Positions 13,870 to 26,049 of a DNA stretch of 64,000 nt are shown here, piece after piece. The notes beneath the pieces are model-generated. The model ran no database searches. It was not told the DNA's origin and saw only the letters and a program-made list of their open reading frames with translations. Within the stretch, counting starts at the first letter, position 1. Every line of letters starts with the position of its first letter. The stretch is from the human T2T-CHM13v2.0 reference genome, Homo sapiens: NCBI RefSeq assembly GCF_009914755.1, contig NC_060928.1; one strand, written 5' to 3'. The position numbers and the translations under genes were made by a program.

Positions 13870-14129
13870 AGGAAATAGTATATATTTAGTAAATATTTTT
13901 TAAAATATTGAAACAATATGAATGATGTCATCCCACTTATGTAAAACAAATACACAGGAAATATCCAAAAGGGTTTCTAAGCAACTGATCCCAGTGACTT
14001 TTTCTGGAAAGTAAAACTTAAAAATTAGCTACAGTAGGAACCTTTCACATTTTATTTTATTACAGAATACTTGAATTTCTTTCTATGACAATGTAGTACT
14101 AAAAATAATCTCTTTGTTCAAAAATGAAA

Positions 14130-17100
14130 CACAGAGAAAATCATGCAAAATAAATGTGTGGTTTAATGAGTTATACTAAGTCAAAAAGCCTCAGAACCAC
14201 TACCAGGTTAAGAAATAAAACTTTACCAACCATCTAAAACCACCAAGGCATCAGTCCCATCACAGCCCCTTCCCTTCCCACACAGGTAATCACTCCTGAC
14301 TTTTATAGTAATGACATTCCAGCTTTTAAAAACAGCTCTAACATCCATGTTTACCAAATATAATTAGGATTGTATTATTTTTAAACTTTGACATTTCTTT
14401 TAAGTCTCTTTTTATCCATAGATTTTTCTCTCTACCTTTTATGTTCCTTATACATTATTTGCTGAAGGATCCAAGATATATTTGAACTGAACTTGTTGAC
14501 TGCATACACATGGTGCAGCATGTTCCTCTGTCCTCTGGGTTTCCTGCCAATTGGTAAGTAGACCCAAAGACTTGATCAGACTCAGGTTTGATCTCCTTGA
14601 AAAGACTGCTGGTGTTTAGCAAGACTATCGGAGACACGTATTCTTGTTTTGTCCTTTTCATGGTTACCATCTGTTGATATGTGATGCTGTGTCTGTTAAT
14701 TCATTGTAAACTGCTGAAATTCTAATTCAACAAATTATCTTTTTAGTTAGTTGAATACTTGTATAAAAAGACCCTTGCCTTCATTGTCTACTTGGTTACC
14801 TAGTGATATTGTTTATACAGGAAAGGTAAAATAAATGCTTAAAGTGTCCTTTTACTAGTTTTCAAAATGATGGATTGATTCCTTATCATCTTCATAAGGT
14901 GATCAATCATTCTTCCTCTTATAAAAATCATTATTCAAACATGGATATAAACATATTTAATGAGTTTCCATTCATTGCAATTATTTTTATTAGTGAAACT
15001 CAAATAGTGCCATATCTGGCCAGTTAAAACCTATTCATGTTGGGTCTTGAGTCTTCTAACATGACCCCAATAATTTTCCATAGTTCCATGGTCATCTTGT
15101 ACATTTTCTGAGACTTACAATTAGCTGTATTTTTTTAGCATAAAACTCTATGTCAAAATCAATATCTGGGCACTAGGAATGCTTATTGCCACTGGGTTGA
15201 TAATTGTCTTGAGGACTTTTTAGTGAACAGAGCAAAGAAGACACACACATGTGTTCATGTACATACATAAGTACATATTGACACTTTGAATTCAAAATCA
15301 AAATTACAGAGCTTTTACATAACCTCTTCCCTATTACATCTGTATACCTGTCTTTCACATTGAAACGTTTGGTTCTCAGGACACAGGGGATAATAAAATT
15401 AGAATGCTTCATAGCATTGTTTTATTTCATCTCATATTACACAAGCAACAGTCTCAAAATAACAACACCATATCACCTATGATGACTAACACAATTTAAA
15501 ATGATTGTTGTATATGATCTCCATTTCTCCCTCATATGTAGAAAGTTGTGCTACATCTGCATTTTCAGAACATATAGATATTACATTGTCTTTCCCTGAT
15601 AACCCTCATTTAGTCTTATTTATACAAATACTGATATATTTAAAACTCACCACCAGATATGATGTCATTACGTCTCTAGTCATTTTGGTTTCCTAATGTT
15701 TGTTCTCAAGTAAATTCCTCAGAAGGCTCATGGGAGCAATATTCCCCAAGTGCTTACAGGTTGAATACAGCTTTTGTCCTTTATACTGAAAGTCAGGTTT
15801 ATTTTAAAGATATTTTCTTTTCCTGAGTGTCTTAAATTAGTCCATTTTTTTTCTGCAATAAAGCACTGTTGTCAAAAAGTCTGATGATAATTCAATTTTA
15901 TTCCCTTAAAAGTAATTTGCTCTTTCATTAGAGATGCCTAAAGATTATTTCAGGTCCAATAATTTGATCAGATTGTATTTTGGTTTTGATCATTCTGGGT
16001 CTGTAGTCTCAGTTACAACTTTCAATATATTGTCTTATTCTTTTTTTTTCAGAAAAATTTTGAGAACTATTTTTTTTAATGGTTTGTTTGCTTCCTGTTT
16101 TGATTTTCTTTTTTCAAGCATTCTAATTATTTGCATTTTGATCTTCTTTGGCTCCTCAATATTTATCCCCTTCTCTTGAATCCTTTTCCCTCTTTTACGA
16201 ATTTCCTTTTTATTTTTAACATTTTTTATTTTTCACTTTCTAGTTCTCTTCAGGCATTATATCTTGTGTTCAATTTCTCTTCTAGTTTACCTTCATTCTA
16301 ATTTTTTAAATTTTATTTCTAATTCTTTCCTGAGATCTGTCAATTAGAGTTCTTATAATTTTGATTTGTTATTCTTTCATGTCTTTTTTTCATAATGTAT
16401 TTTAGCTCATGTTCAAATGATAAGTTACAGTTTTATGGTGTATTGTAAGCCTATCTTCCTCAGATATTTTCACTCCGTAGGAATGTTATTCTGCTACTTA
16501 TTCATTGTATTATTATAGTAACTCTGTATGAGATTTTACCTCAGTACTTTCCTGATGTACATTTTTTTTTTTTTGAGACAGAGTCTCACTCTGTTGCCTA
16601 GGCTGGAGTGCAGTGGCACCATCTCGGCTCACTGTAACCTCCACCTCCTGGGTTCAAGCAATGATCTGCCTCAGCCTCCCGAGTAGCTGGGATTACAGGC
16701 GCCTGCCACCACGCCTGGCTAATTTTTTTATTTTTAGTAGACACAGGGTTTCACCATTTTGGCCAGGCTTGTCTTGAACTCCTGACCTCAGGCGATCCAC
16801 CCACCTTGGCCTTCCAAAGGGCTGGGATTACAGGCGTGAGCCACTGTGCCTGGCCGATGTACATTTTTATAAGAAATAAATTTTTGTGATCTTTTAGAAT
16901 TGAGAAGAGGTGTGGTCAGGAAAGCTTTTCAAACTTTTTAAGTACCTTTCTGTTTCTGTATAGTGCACTAAAATGCATAGCCTTGATTCCTTGGATTTTC
17001 TAGTTCCGCAACCTCCCCTCGCCTTCTTTGGTCTAGACTTTCTCTTTTGTCTCTATTATTTCTAGCTTCATAAATTTTGATTCCACTCCCAGAAGTTTAT

Positions 17101-17540
17101 CTCAAGTGTGGGTGCCTGTCCTAGAATGGAACCTCAGAAGGTCAGTTTCAGAATGTTCTTAGCAGTCAGGTGGCCCCACCCCTCAGTCCTCCCACTGTGG
17201 GCCCTTGCATTCTTCAGTTCATTTGGTCACCACACTTTCCAGGGAATACCTGCAGTATTGCGGAGGTTCTTCTGTTCTCATTGCTCAGCCCCATTCAGTT
17301 GCTTCCCTCTTCTGTACAGATGCTAATGGCACACAGATTTTGTGGTTGGTGGCAGTAAGTCCCCATTCATTTGCATTTTGGGGTTCACAGGGATACCTTG
17401 GTATCTTGCTTGCAAGTAAAATTGTTGGAGCATATTTGGATTTGCTATTTTTTGTTCTATTTTTATGCAAAAATTTCAGAAAACTAAAAAAAGTTGCTGC
17501 TACTAAAGTCATTTTTGCAAAATCTTCTACACGTATCTTA
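14130..17540 (-). mobile_element. Old L1MC/ME-type LINE-1 fragments (antisense)
   Basis: 'cacaggtaatcactcctgacttttatagtaat', 'cttgatcagactcaggtttga' and 'aagtctgatgataattcaatt'. Boundaries approximate. Confidence 0.65.
16562..16855 (-). mobile_element. AluSx
   Basis: Antisense Alu with 'ctcctgacctcaggcgatccaccc'; TSD gatgtacattttt. Confidence 0.95.
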
Positions 17541-17581
17541 AAAATTAAAATAAAAACTGAATTAATTTCTTTGACACTATG

Positions 17582-17950
17582 TGTTGTGGTAGACAGTTTA
17601 CTGTCCTCAATTATTCACAGCTTTCATTGGAAGAAGGTAATACTTACCTGCCCACTGCCATATGACCTGCATTGTCTCCTACTAAGCAGATTATATTTCC
17701 TCTCTGTTGACATCAGGCTTTGGTCAATGGAACATGCGTAACATGGAGAACACGACGTCTTAGCATTGAGAGCCATAGCATGGTCCAGCCATCAGTCTCT
17801 TTTGACATGAGAGTGGTATGGTTAAGCGGGGAAATTCCTTCAGCCTGATCCCAGAGTAAAGATACATATGGAGCCAGAACCAACAGATGGGCACCAACGT
17901 ATGACAGGAGTGAGAGATAAGATTTTGTTTTTGTAAATCACTGACTATCA
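17582..17950 (+). mobile_element. MLT1-family (old MaLR) LTR
   Basis: 'tgtggtagacag...', 'ccttcagcctgatcccagagt' and 'gagataagattttgtttttgtaaatcactga'. Confidence 0.55.
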
Positions 17951-18569
17951 CAGCACAGCATAGCTTTAAAGTGTCTATTATTTTTTTCAAGCAGTGGATT
18001 TTAATTTGCGAGTCTAATTCGGTAATATTGTTAAATTGGATTAGAAATCCTAAGATAAATAAAAAAGAGGATGAAGATGATGTAGAACAGAGATTAGTAA
18101 TCACTAAAGGTGGCTACTTCTTCATGTTCCTGGAAAACAAAAGAAATAAAATGGTGTAATCAGAGTCCAGAAGTGTTATCTACAGTCTCTCTCTCTCTGT
18201 GTGTACGTTGTGTACATATATATACATATATATACACACATATATACAGTTTTATATATATTTTTATATTATATATATGACAGTAGTTTTCTGGTAGCAT
18301 CGTTTTTTATATATATATATATAATATATATATAATGTAATATATATATGACAGTAGTTTTTCCAGTAGCATGGTTTTCACACCTGAATTTCTAATATAT
18401 AATTTCAATTAGAATGGAGCAAATCCTAGTGGTTTAGAGGAGAGGGATCTTGAGTCCTGCTCTCTCTGCATCAGAATTCACTCCCACCTCAAGACTCCTG
18501 GAGTTGCTGTGACTTCCCAGAAGCCAAAGATTCCACAAAACATACTGTGAAAACGTAATTGTCAAAATG

Positions 18570-19030
18570 AAAATAAAATGCAAAAAATATTAGAATGTTA
18601 AAAACTTATGTTCAAAAACAGTATTATAAGATAACCTTTAAAACATCAACTAAAAGTGTAAAGTTCCTTTAAATAAATCTAAGAAAATATGTAAAACCTT
18701 TATAGGGGAACCTTAACATTTACCCAAAGAGAAAAAACAAAACTTAAACCATGAGAGATATCATGTTTATGGCTTAAAAGATTGAATATAAAAAAAGTGT
18801 CAGGAAACTACAATTTAAGTGTAGTAACAATGAAAACATCAACAGGACATTTTACAAAGCCTAAAAAATTATTCTGAAGTTAATAAGGAAACATATGTGA
18901 CTAAGACTAACAGGACAATTTTGAAAAAAAAAGGAGGGGGATTTAGTCATCACACATCAGTATTTTTAAAATGCAATAGCTATAAAAATACTAGGTGCAA
19001 GTGCATGACTAAACAGACCAATATTTCACA
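18570..19030 (+). mobile_element. L1M ORF2 fragment (sense)
   Basis: 'aaataaatctaagaaaatatgtaaaacc' and 'atcatgtttatggcttaaaagattgaatat'. Confidence 0.6.
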
Positions 19031-19045
19031 ACCCAAAGTACTCAA

Positions 19046-19139
19046 ATATATGTGTGTGTGTGTGTGTGTGTGTATACACACACACACACACATATATGTG
19101 TATATATATATATACATATATGTGTGTGTATATATATAT
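19046..19139. repeat. (TG)n/(CA)n/(TA)n microsatellite
   Basis: Directly visible. Confidence 0.9.
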
Positions 19140-19549
19140 GACAGCCAATCATTGATATTTCACAGATCATTGAATGCACTTTTATTTACTTACCAAGTAA
19201 TTGACCAACTGAATAAATGAGCAGGGGTATATTATAGTTCTGTTCGTTCTGGTCCATTCAGATCACTCCATATGATTGGGGCTCAAGGATGTTTACCCGA
19301 CTTCAAATTTTCCTCTTTTGGAAGGAGACAATGAGACTACAGAATGTAGAACTTTTAAAGAGCAAGGAATAACAAAAGAACTGCATATATTTAGACTTGA
19401 AGCCAACCTAAGCTGCTTATAAATCTGAAATGCTGTTGTGGATTAATTCTACAGCAGACCCTGAAGGGTCCATGCACAGGATTTAAGGGGGGTCAATTTT
19501 GTCCCAACTGGTACAAGTAGCACATTTTCCTACCTGAAGGCCATACGGA

Positions 19550-20050
19550 GTTATGAAACCAAGAATTTGGAGTCAGGCAGAAGCAGATTCAAATCACCAT
19601 TTTGTCACTTTTTCACTGTGTAACCTGTGACCTGTCACAAAGGCTCTGTGACTCAGTTTTCACAGAGGATTAAAATGTCATTAAAATGAGGATAATTAGA
19701 GGCAGCAGAACATTACTATGTAAGTGTGAGTTCTGGACCTACTGCCAGTGTTCAAATTCACTTTCTAGCTATGTGAACTCAAGCAAGCTGTTTAACCTCT
19801 TTGAGCCTCAGTTTCATCATCTATAAAATAGAGAAATAAAAGTAGCTACTTCAGAGGGTTGTTGGAAAAATTAAATGACTTACTATATATAAAGTGCAAA
19901 GAAGTGTATGTGGTTCCTAATAAGCCTTGCTCCTAGTAGTAATAATAATAATAGAAATAAAAACTACCTCAAGTGTTACGAAGACAAGTAGATGCAATGA
20001 CACATGTAAAGCTTTGGGCACAGTGCCTGAAATATTCAAAGTGCCCTGTA
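19550..20050 (+). mobile_element. Cluster of MIR fragments
   Basis: 'tttaacctctttgagcctcagtttcatcatctataaaatagag...gggttgttggaaaaattaaatga'. Confidence 0.7.
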
Positions 20051-21242
20051 AAGGTTCCTTTCCTCCGTTCCCTTAAGCTGTCAGCAAAAGGAACAAATGT
20101 CCCTCCAGAGGTAGTGAGTCCACCATCAGCAGAAGCATTCAATCAGAAGTTGTTTAATCACATCTCCAGAATGTTATAGTAAAGCCTTGAAACTAGGTGA
20201 ACACAAGGATTAGGCAATCCCTGAGCTCCTCTTCAAATAAAGATTCTGTGATTAAATCTAAAACTTTCGGAAAGGCCGTCAAATGGGAGTTGTGGGTAAC
20301 CAAAACTTTCCTGAAATTTCCAGCTCATTTTCCAGGATAAATGCAGCCCCCACTACCCTACAAAGCACACCAAATATTAGCAACACACACACACACTCAC
20401 ACACACATGCACACATAAACACACACATGTACACAGAGGCATCATTCATACATCCTAACATAAATCTTTTCACCACAATGACCACGGTTGTCAGTGAAAG
20501 AAATACTCTTGTTCAGTCCAATGCACTTGGGTAGCCCAAATAAACAATAGTATAATACCCGACATTTATTCAGCACCCTTTGGGGCAAGGGCTCACACTT
20601 TATACGTATTTCTCATTTATCATGGCCACATTCCTGGGAGACAGGCTGCCCCTCAGAGAGGCAATGGTGTTGGGCTTTTGATTTCAGTCCTGCCTGGTGG
20701 AGAGCTGTTGCTTTTTGCATGTTAGAACATGCAGTACTTAAATGTCTTTCAGCCTTCCTGGGCCTGGCTGAGTGGCCTTTCATGAAAGGCTCCTGGTGTT
20801 GCATTGAGAGTTGCAGTGCCTCTGGTCTGGGCTGTTTCCCCTCACTACTGAAGCTTGCACCCTCATGGCTTAAGAACACTCGGGCTCTGAGTGACAGGCC
20901 TGGCATTGTGTTTCAGCGAGGGCATCCCCTTGAGAGTGCTGCAGCATTTGAATCCAACTGGAGAGAAACCTACGGGATCTTTGGAGGTCATTGGGAATCT
21001 CAGCCTGTGCCACTTACTAGCTGTGTGACCTCAGGGAAATCACCTACCTTCTCTTAGCTACCTAACCTAGAAAACAGGCCCAGTAAGACATGATTTGTGA
21101 GGCTTTAATGACACAACATGGGATAAAGCCTGTCCATTCCCTGTCATGTGGTGGAACTTGAATTTAAAATACATAGTATTATTATTATGATAGGCATAAT
21201 CTTGCCTCCAAGTTATGGAGCTCAGTGTTTCCACACATCCAG

Positions 21243-21584
21243 TGTTATGGGCTCATTTATGTCCTGTTGAAGTCCTAACCCCCACAGGATATGACTGTGT
21301 TTAAAGAGAGGGTCTTTAAAGAGGTAATTAGTTAAAATAAGGTCCTCTAGGTGGGCTCTAATTTAGTACGAGAAGAGAGATAAGGAAGACCCAGATGCAG
21401 AGGAAATCTATATGAAGACACAGGGGGAAGGTGGCCATTTACAAGCCAAGGGAAGAGGTCTAGGAAGAAACCAACACTGCTGACACCTTGATCTCAAACT
21501 TTTAACCTCCAGAAAATGAGTGTCCATGGTTTAAGCCACCCAGTCTGTGGAACATTATTATGGCAGCCCTAGCAAACAAATATA
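21243..21584 (+). mobile_element. MLT1A-like solo LTR
   Basis: 'tgttatgggc...gggtctttaaagaggtaatta...tttaagccacccagtctgtgg...gcagccctagcaaacaaatata'; perfect 5-bp TSD TCCAG (21238-21242 and 21585-21589). Confidence 0.9.
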
Positions 21585-21697
21585 TCCAGCTTGAGTCCAC
21601 AGACATAATCCCTAAACCTCAGGTCAGGTGATCCCTTTGAAAGATCAAGTAAATAATGTCCCAAGGTTCAGGAGGACACTTAAGCAAAGAAAAACTG

Positions 21698-23014
21698 TGA
21701 TCATGAAGCAGAATATTTCCCTGATGCCTTCACAGGACTCACGAGAGGAGAGCCTCTTTTACTCAGCCCACCACTCTCAACTAGCAGGAGGGAGAGTGTG
21801 AGCAAATGGGTATGGGAACTGGAGTGAATGAGAGCTGGAACAATCTGGCTGCTTCAGCACCAGTGGGATCAAAGTTCACTCACTCAGACACACTGTGTTC
21901 TACTCCTTGTGGGAGGCAGCACACAGGTAAGCAGGTGCAGGAACCAGCCAGATGCTTTAGTGCCAGCAAGAGCAAATTCCATGTAGGCCCCATGGCAACG
22001 TCCAGGCAGGGGTGCCTGTGACCCCTGAAGCCTCACAGTGCTCTTTTAGCTCTGCCATCCATGGACGGCTTAAGTGTTAACAGCTTAGTGGGTCCTCTGC
22101 CTTTATTTATTTATTTATTTATTTATTTTTTATTATTATACTTTAAGTTTTAGGGTACATGTGCACATTGTGCAGGTTAGTTACATACGTATACATGTGC
22201 CATGCTGGTGTGCTGCACCCACTAACTTGTCATCTAGCATTAGGTATATCTCCCAATGCTATCCCTCCCCCCTCCCCCCACCCCACAACAGTCCCCAGAG
22301 TGTGATGTTCCCCTTCCTGTGTCCATGTGATCTCATTGTTCAATTCCCACCTATGAGTGAGAATATACGGTGTTTGGTTTTTTTGTTCTTGCGATAGTTT
22401 ACTGAGAACGATGGTTTCCAATTTCATCTATGTCCCTACAAAGGACATGAACTCATCATTTTTTATGGGTCCTCTGCCTTTTTGCGTGAGACAGCTGCCC
22501 CCTGCCAGCAAGGGCAAAGGGCTAGTGTGACAGCCTTTTGTATCTGCACTTGCGGCTCCTGAGCTCTTGTCTGGCATCCAGAAAAATGAGGTTGCGTGAA
22601 CAAATTGAAAGATGGTAAATGAGGGGGATTTTATTGCCAATGAAAGTGGCTGTCAGTGGGAAGGGGAGCTCAAAAATGCATGGGGTGGATAGGTAATCTT
22701 TCCCTGAAGTCCAGCCATATCCAGCCAGATTGTTCTCCAAAGTTATATGGTCTAGCTGTCCCTCTGAAGTCAAGCTGCTTCTCTCTGATGTCCAGCCATA
22801 GTCTCATCTGCTGGCTGAGTCTGGGGTTTTTATAGGCACAGGATAAGGTGGAGGAGAGCCATGGGTGGATTAGGAAAAGACAACATTCAAATAGGAAAAC
22901 AGAGACATAAGTTCTCACTTTGGGCCATGGTTTCAGGCTTTCCAGCTTCAGCGTGGGGTTTTGCTGGGGACCTGCCTTTTTCTGCCTAGAATTTCTCTGC
23001 CCCCTGTCCCTATC
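21698..23014 (-). mobile_element. ERV1 solo LTR of the LTR1/LTR27/LTR28/MER52 group, interrupted by L1PA2
   Basis: The minus strand starts 'tgatagggacaggggcagagaaattctaggcagaaaaaggcagg' and carries a TATA box 'cctataaaaacccc'; possible 4-bp TSD a(c/t)tg. Confidence 0.8.
22105..22465 (-). mobile_element. 5'-truncated L1PA2-like LINE-1 (3' UTR plus end of ORF2)
   Basis: (TTTA)n tail; 16-bp TSD tgggtcctctgccttt (22089-22104 and 22466-22481). Sense strand has 'gagatcacatgg' and 'cacaatgtgcac' but lacks the L1Hs ACA/ACG diagnostic. Confidence 0.95.
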
Positions 23015-24466
23015 AATTGTACACAATAAGTTAATTGCATAAGCCCTTGGCAAAAAGAAAGTAAAATCAAAACCATTTTTCTTTATCAGTGGGATGAATG
23101 AGAAAGAGCACCAGATTTGAGTCAGAGATCAAAGGGTGAATCCCATCTCCACCAGCATTTAGCTGTGGGAACTTTGGTAGCCACTTATCTCTGTGTGTTT
23201 CTGTTTTACTTGAGTAAATTCACCTGTCTTCCACATCAGATCATCTTTAATGACCTGGACTAAGTTAATGATTCTTAATTATTCAGGGGATAACCCAGTT
23301 ACTACTTTATAATAGAGTAATCATAAGAGTTTCTCAGATTAATGGAACGCTATGATTCTATTTGGGAATTATTCTCAAGGCTTCAGTAAAGAGGGAAGTG
23401 AAAAGACAAATGTGCCTTTCAATAAATATTGCTATCATTACAGTAGAAAAGAGATATCTTGGAATATTGGCATAGGAAAAACTCATTTCAGCATTTTCTA
23501 CTCAGATGCCATGCATAGGAGTAGACAAGAAATAATGTTTTAAAAAATAGCCAAATCTTATCCATCCCACAAGCTTTATATAGTGGTGTAAAATAAATGT
23601 TGAACTGAATGATGTCCATAACTCTACTCTTTAGCTATATTTTCAAAAAAATTATTTTTGAAGACATGACCATATGTTTGTTGAGAGTTAATAGTCAACC
23701 TCACTAATCACAGCACAAGAAACATTGCTACCTCTAAGACATCCACCCATGGAAAGAGATCCTAAATCTTCTCAAATCTTGTTCCCACTCCACTTTCCTT
23801 TAATAAGTAGCCTCTCCTCTAACCTAGGAAATGTATATGAATCCTTTGCATTCCTTTAAGGCAATTCACTAGCACTTGTTATGCTGTTGTTGCCAGCCTT
23901 ATTATAGTTAATTTCCTATCAAAATAATTTGCTACCTACCTTTTAAGTTGTGAGAGCTAAATAATGTGTTCTAAGTGCTTTGGGATTGCTTTGGGATTCT
24001 GAGATGAAAGTCCCATAAAAATGTCATGTTATTATGTCCTGACCCAATAAAAATTGTCAGGAAAAAAAAATCATGCCTTTAGAGGGCACTTTGTGCCTGT
24101 GGGACTTCATAATAAATGCAAAGCTACTCCTACTCCACATCTTTTGAGGAATTCTTTAGGCCAGCCTCATATAGTGGAAAAGTTGTGCATTTCACTAATC
24201 TTTGGAATCACTTTACATCTTGCAGCCTCAGTTTCCATTTTCTTAACTGTTAAAAAAAAACGATACAACTGACCTCAGAGGGCCATTATAAAGGTGAAAT
24301 AATAGTTAGCAAGTACAGAGACTGTGGCTTATAGAGCAGATTAGAATATGTAACCTCTTCACTTAAAAGCAGATCCATTAGGCAAAAATCTGAACATGTT
24401 ACATATTAATCATTATTCTTTTTCTCTACATACAAGAGGACTGACTATTTATATGACAAATGTATG

Positions 24467-25080
24467 TGTCATAAAGTTGTTTAATATAGTTGTTGCCTTG
24501 GCATCCATTTTTAGGCCTGGTATCCACTGTTGGAAACCTGTTTATATTCCTTCACCTTTGGACTAGTTAAAACTTTTCTTGCCCCTGTTGTTGTTTGCAA
24601 TATGGCCTGCTTATTCCTATCTCACTAGCCTAAAATCCCACAGCTACTGTCCATGATAAAACTCAATGATCAATGTCAGAATCATGTAGATAAGTACTCC
24701 TGTTCACAAGTGTTTTCTTTAAATTGACCAATCCACAATCCCTACAGGAAAGCCTGATGGATAATACCCATGGACTTTAATGAAGGCCTCATCCCATATG
24801 TCATCTCTGGCTCCTGCTCTCCACCCATTGGTTGTATGCCATGCTGTCTTCAGACTTCCAGTCAGCCCTCCTGAGCACACCTCTTCTCTCGTGGACCTGT
24901 GAGTGATCAAATGTTTCTTTTATTTTCTGTTTTGTTGTGTTGCCTGCTCTGTTTTGCACCTAATCAATATACCTCAACGTAACTTTCCCCCATCAAGACT
25001 CTCCTAGAAAGCGATTATCATAGCTTAAGGCTATTTCCAGAGAGATATTTCAGGACCAAATCGAGGAAAATCACAATAAT
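24467..25080 (+). mobile_element. ERVL-class LTR (MER73/MER54-like)
   Basis: 'ttgccttggcatccatttttaggcctgg...cacctttggactagttaaaac...gaccaatccacaatccc' resembles recalled consensus. Family call uncertain. Confidence 0.5.
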
Positions 25081-25861
25081 ACATTAAACATTCACTATTC
25101 TTATACATAATGGCTGCCCTCGGAAGCTTCTAAGCTATCCAAGAAGGAAGCTTATCCAGCTACCGTTGTGTGCCCTGCAATCAAAGTACATTGCCAACTG
25201 TTTTAGTTGATGGTTCCACACAGCAAATAAAAACAGAAACAAGCACACAAAACCTGCCCTTGCTGAGCTTACAGTTGAGTGAGGCGGACAGTCAATACTC
25301 AGGGTAAATAAGTCAATCTATCACATGTTAACTCGTGATCAGTTCTACAGGAGAAACTAAAGCCAAGAAAAAAAAATAAAAAGTGCTCAGTGTGGGTTAC
25401 GGGCTGCAATTTTAGCTGCAGCAGCATGAAGTGCCTCATCCAGGAAAATGGCATTTATGTAAGTGTGTAACGGAACTGAGGCCTTTAATCATATGTCACT
25501 TTTTCAGTGAAGGGTTTTGACAGGCTGCAAGTGCCTTAAGACGCTTCCAAGAGTGTCAATCCAAGCAGAGAGCCTGACATGGGTGACATGTGTTCTTTTC
25601 ACAATGCTAGGTCACATTTACTCATTTTCACCAAAAGCAGTCACAGTTCTTTCAGAATGGGTTCTCTGTGCCCATCCGGTAACCAGTACCACTGAGAGCT
25701 AATAGTGCATAAAGATCTTTGAAGAAAGTATTGATTTCCTGGCCAAATAATCTGTAACTGAAACATTTAAAACCACATGATCAGGGTGATAAGGTTGTAA
25801 ACATAGGGCTCTGGGTTCATCATTTATATCATCGTGATCTTAAGATTTTCAAACACACCTG

Positions 25862-26010
25862 CAGATATATATAGATAGATAGATAGATATAAATATATAT
25901 AGATAGATATCTGCTGCCATCTATCTATGATATATAAATAGATATTGAGATACAGATAGATATGGAGATATAGATATTTATATATAAATATCTACATACA
26001 GGTATACACG

Positions 26011-26046
<36 letters not shown>
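25862..26046. repeat. (TAGA)/(TA)/(CA)n compound microsatellite
   Basis: Directly visible. Confidence 0.9.
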
Positions 26047-26048
<2 letters not shown>

Positions 26049-26049
26049 A

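Noticed and set aside
17108-17741. 178-aa ORF and overlapping ORFs
   Set aside because: Lies in antisense old L1 and MLT1 sequence; no recognisable domain.
25861-25914. Short inverted match gcagatatatat / atagatatctgc around (TAGA)n
   Set aside because: Only 12 bp and mostly low complexity.
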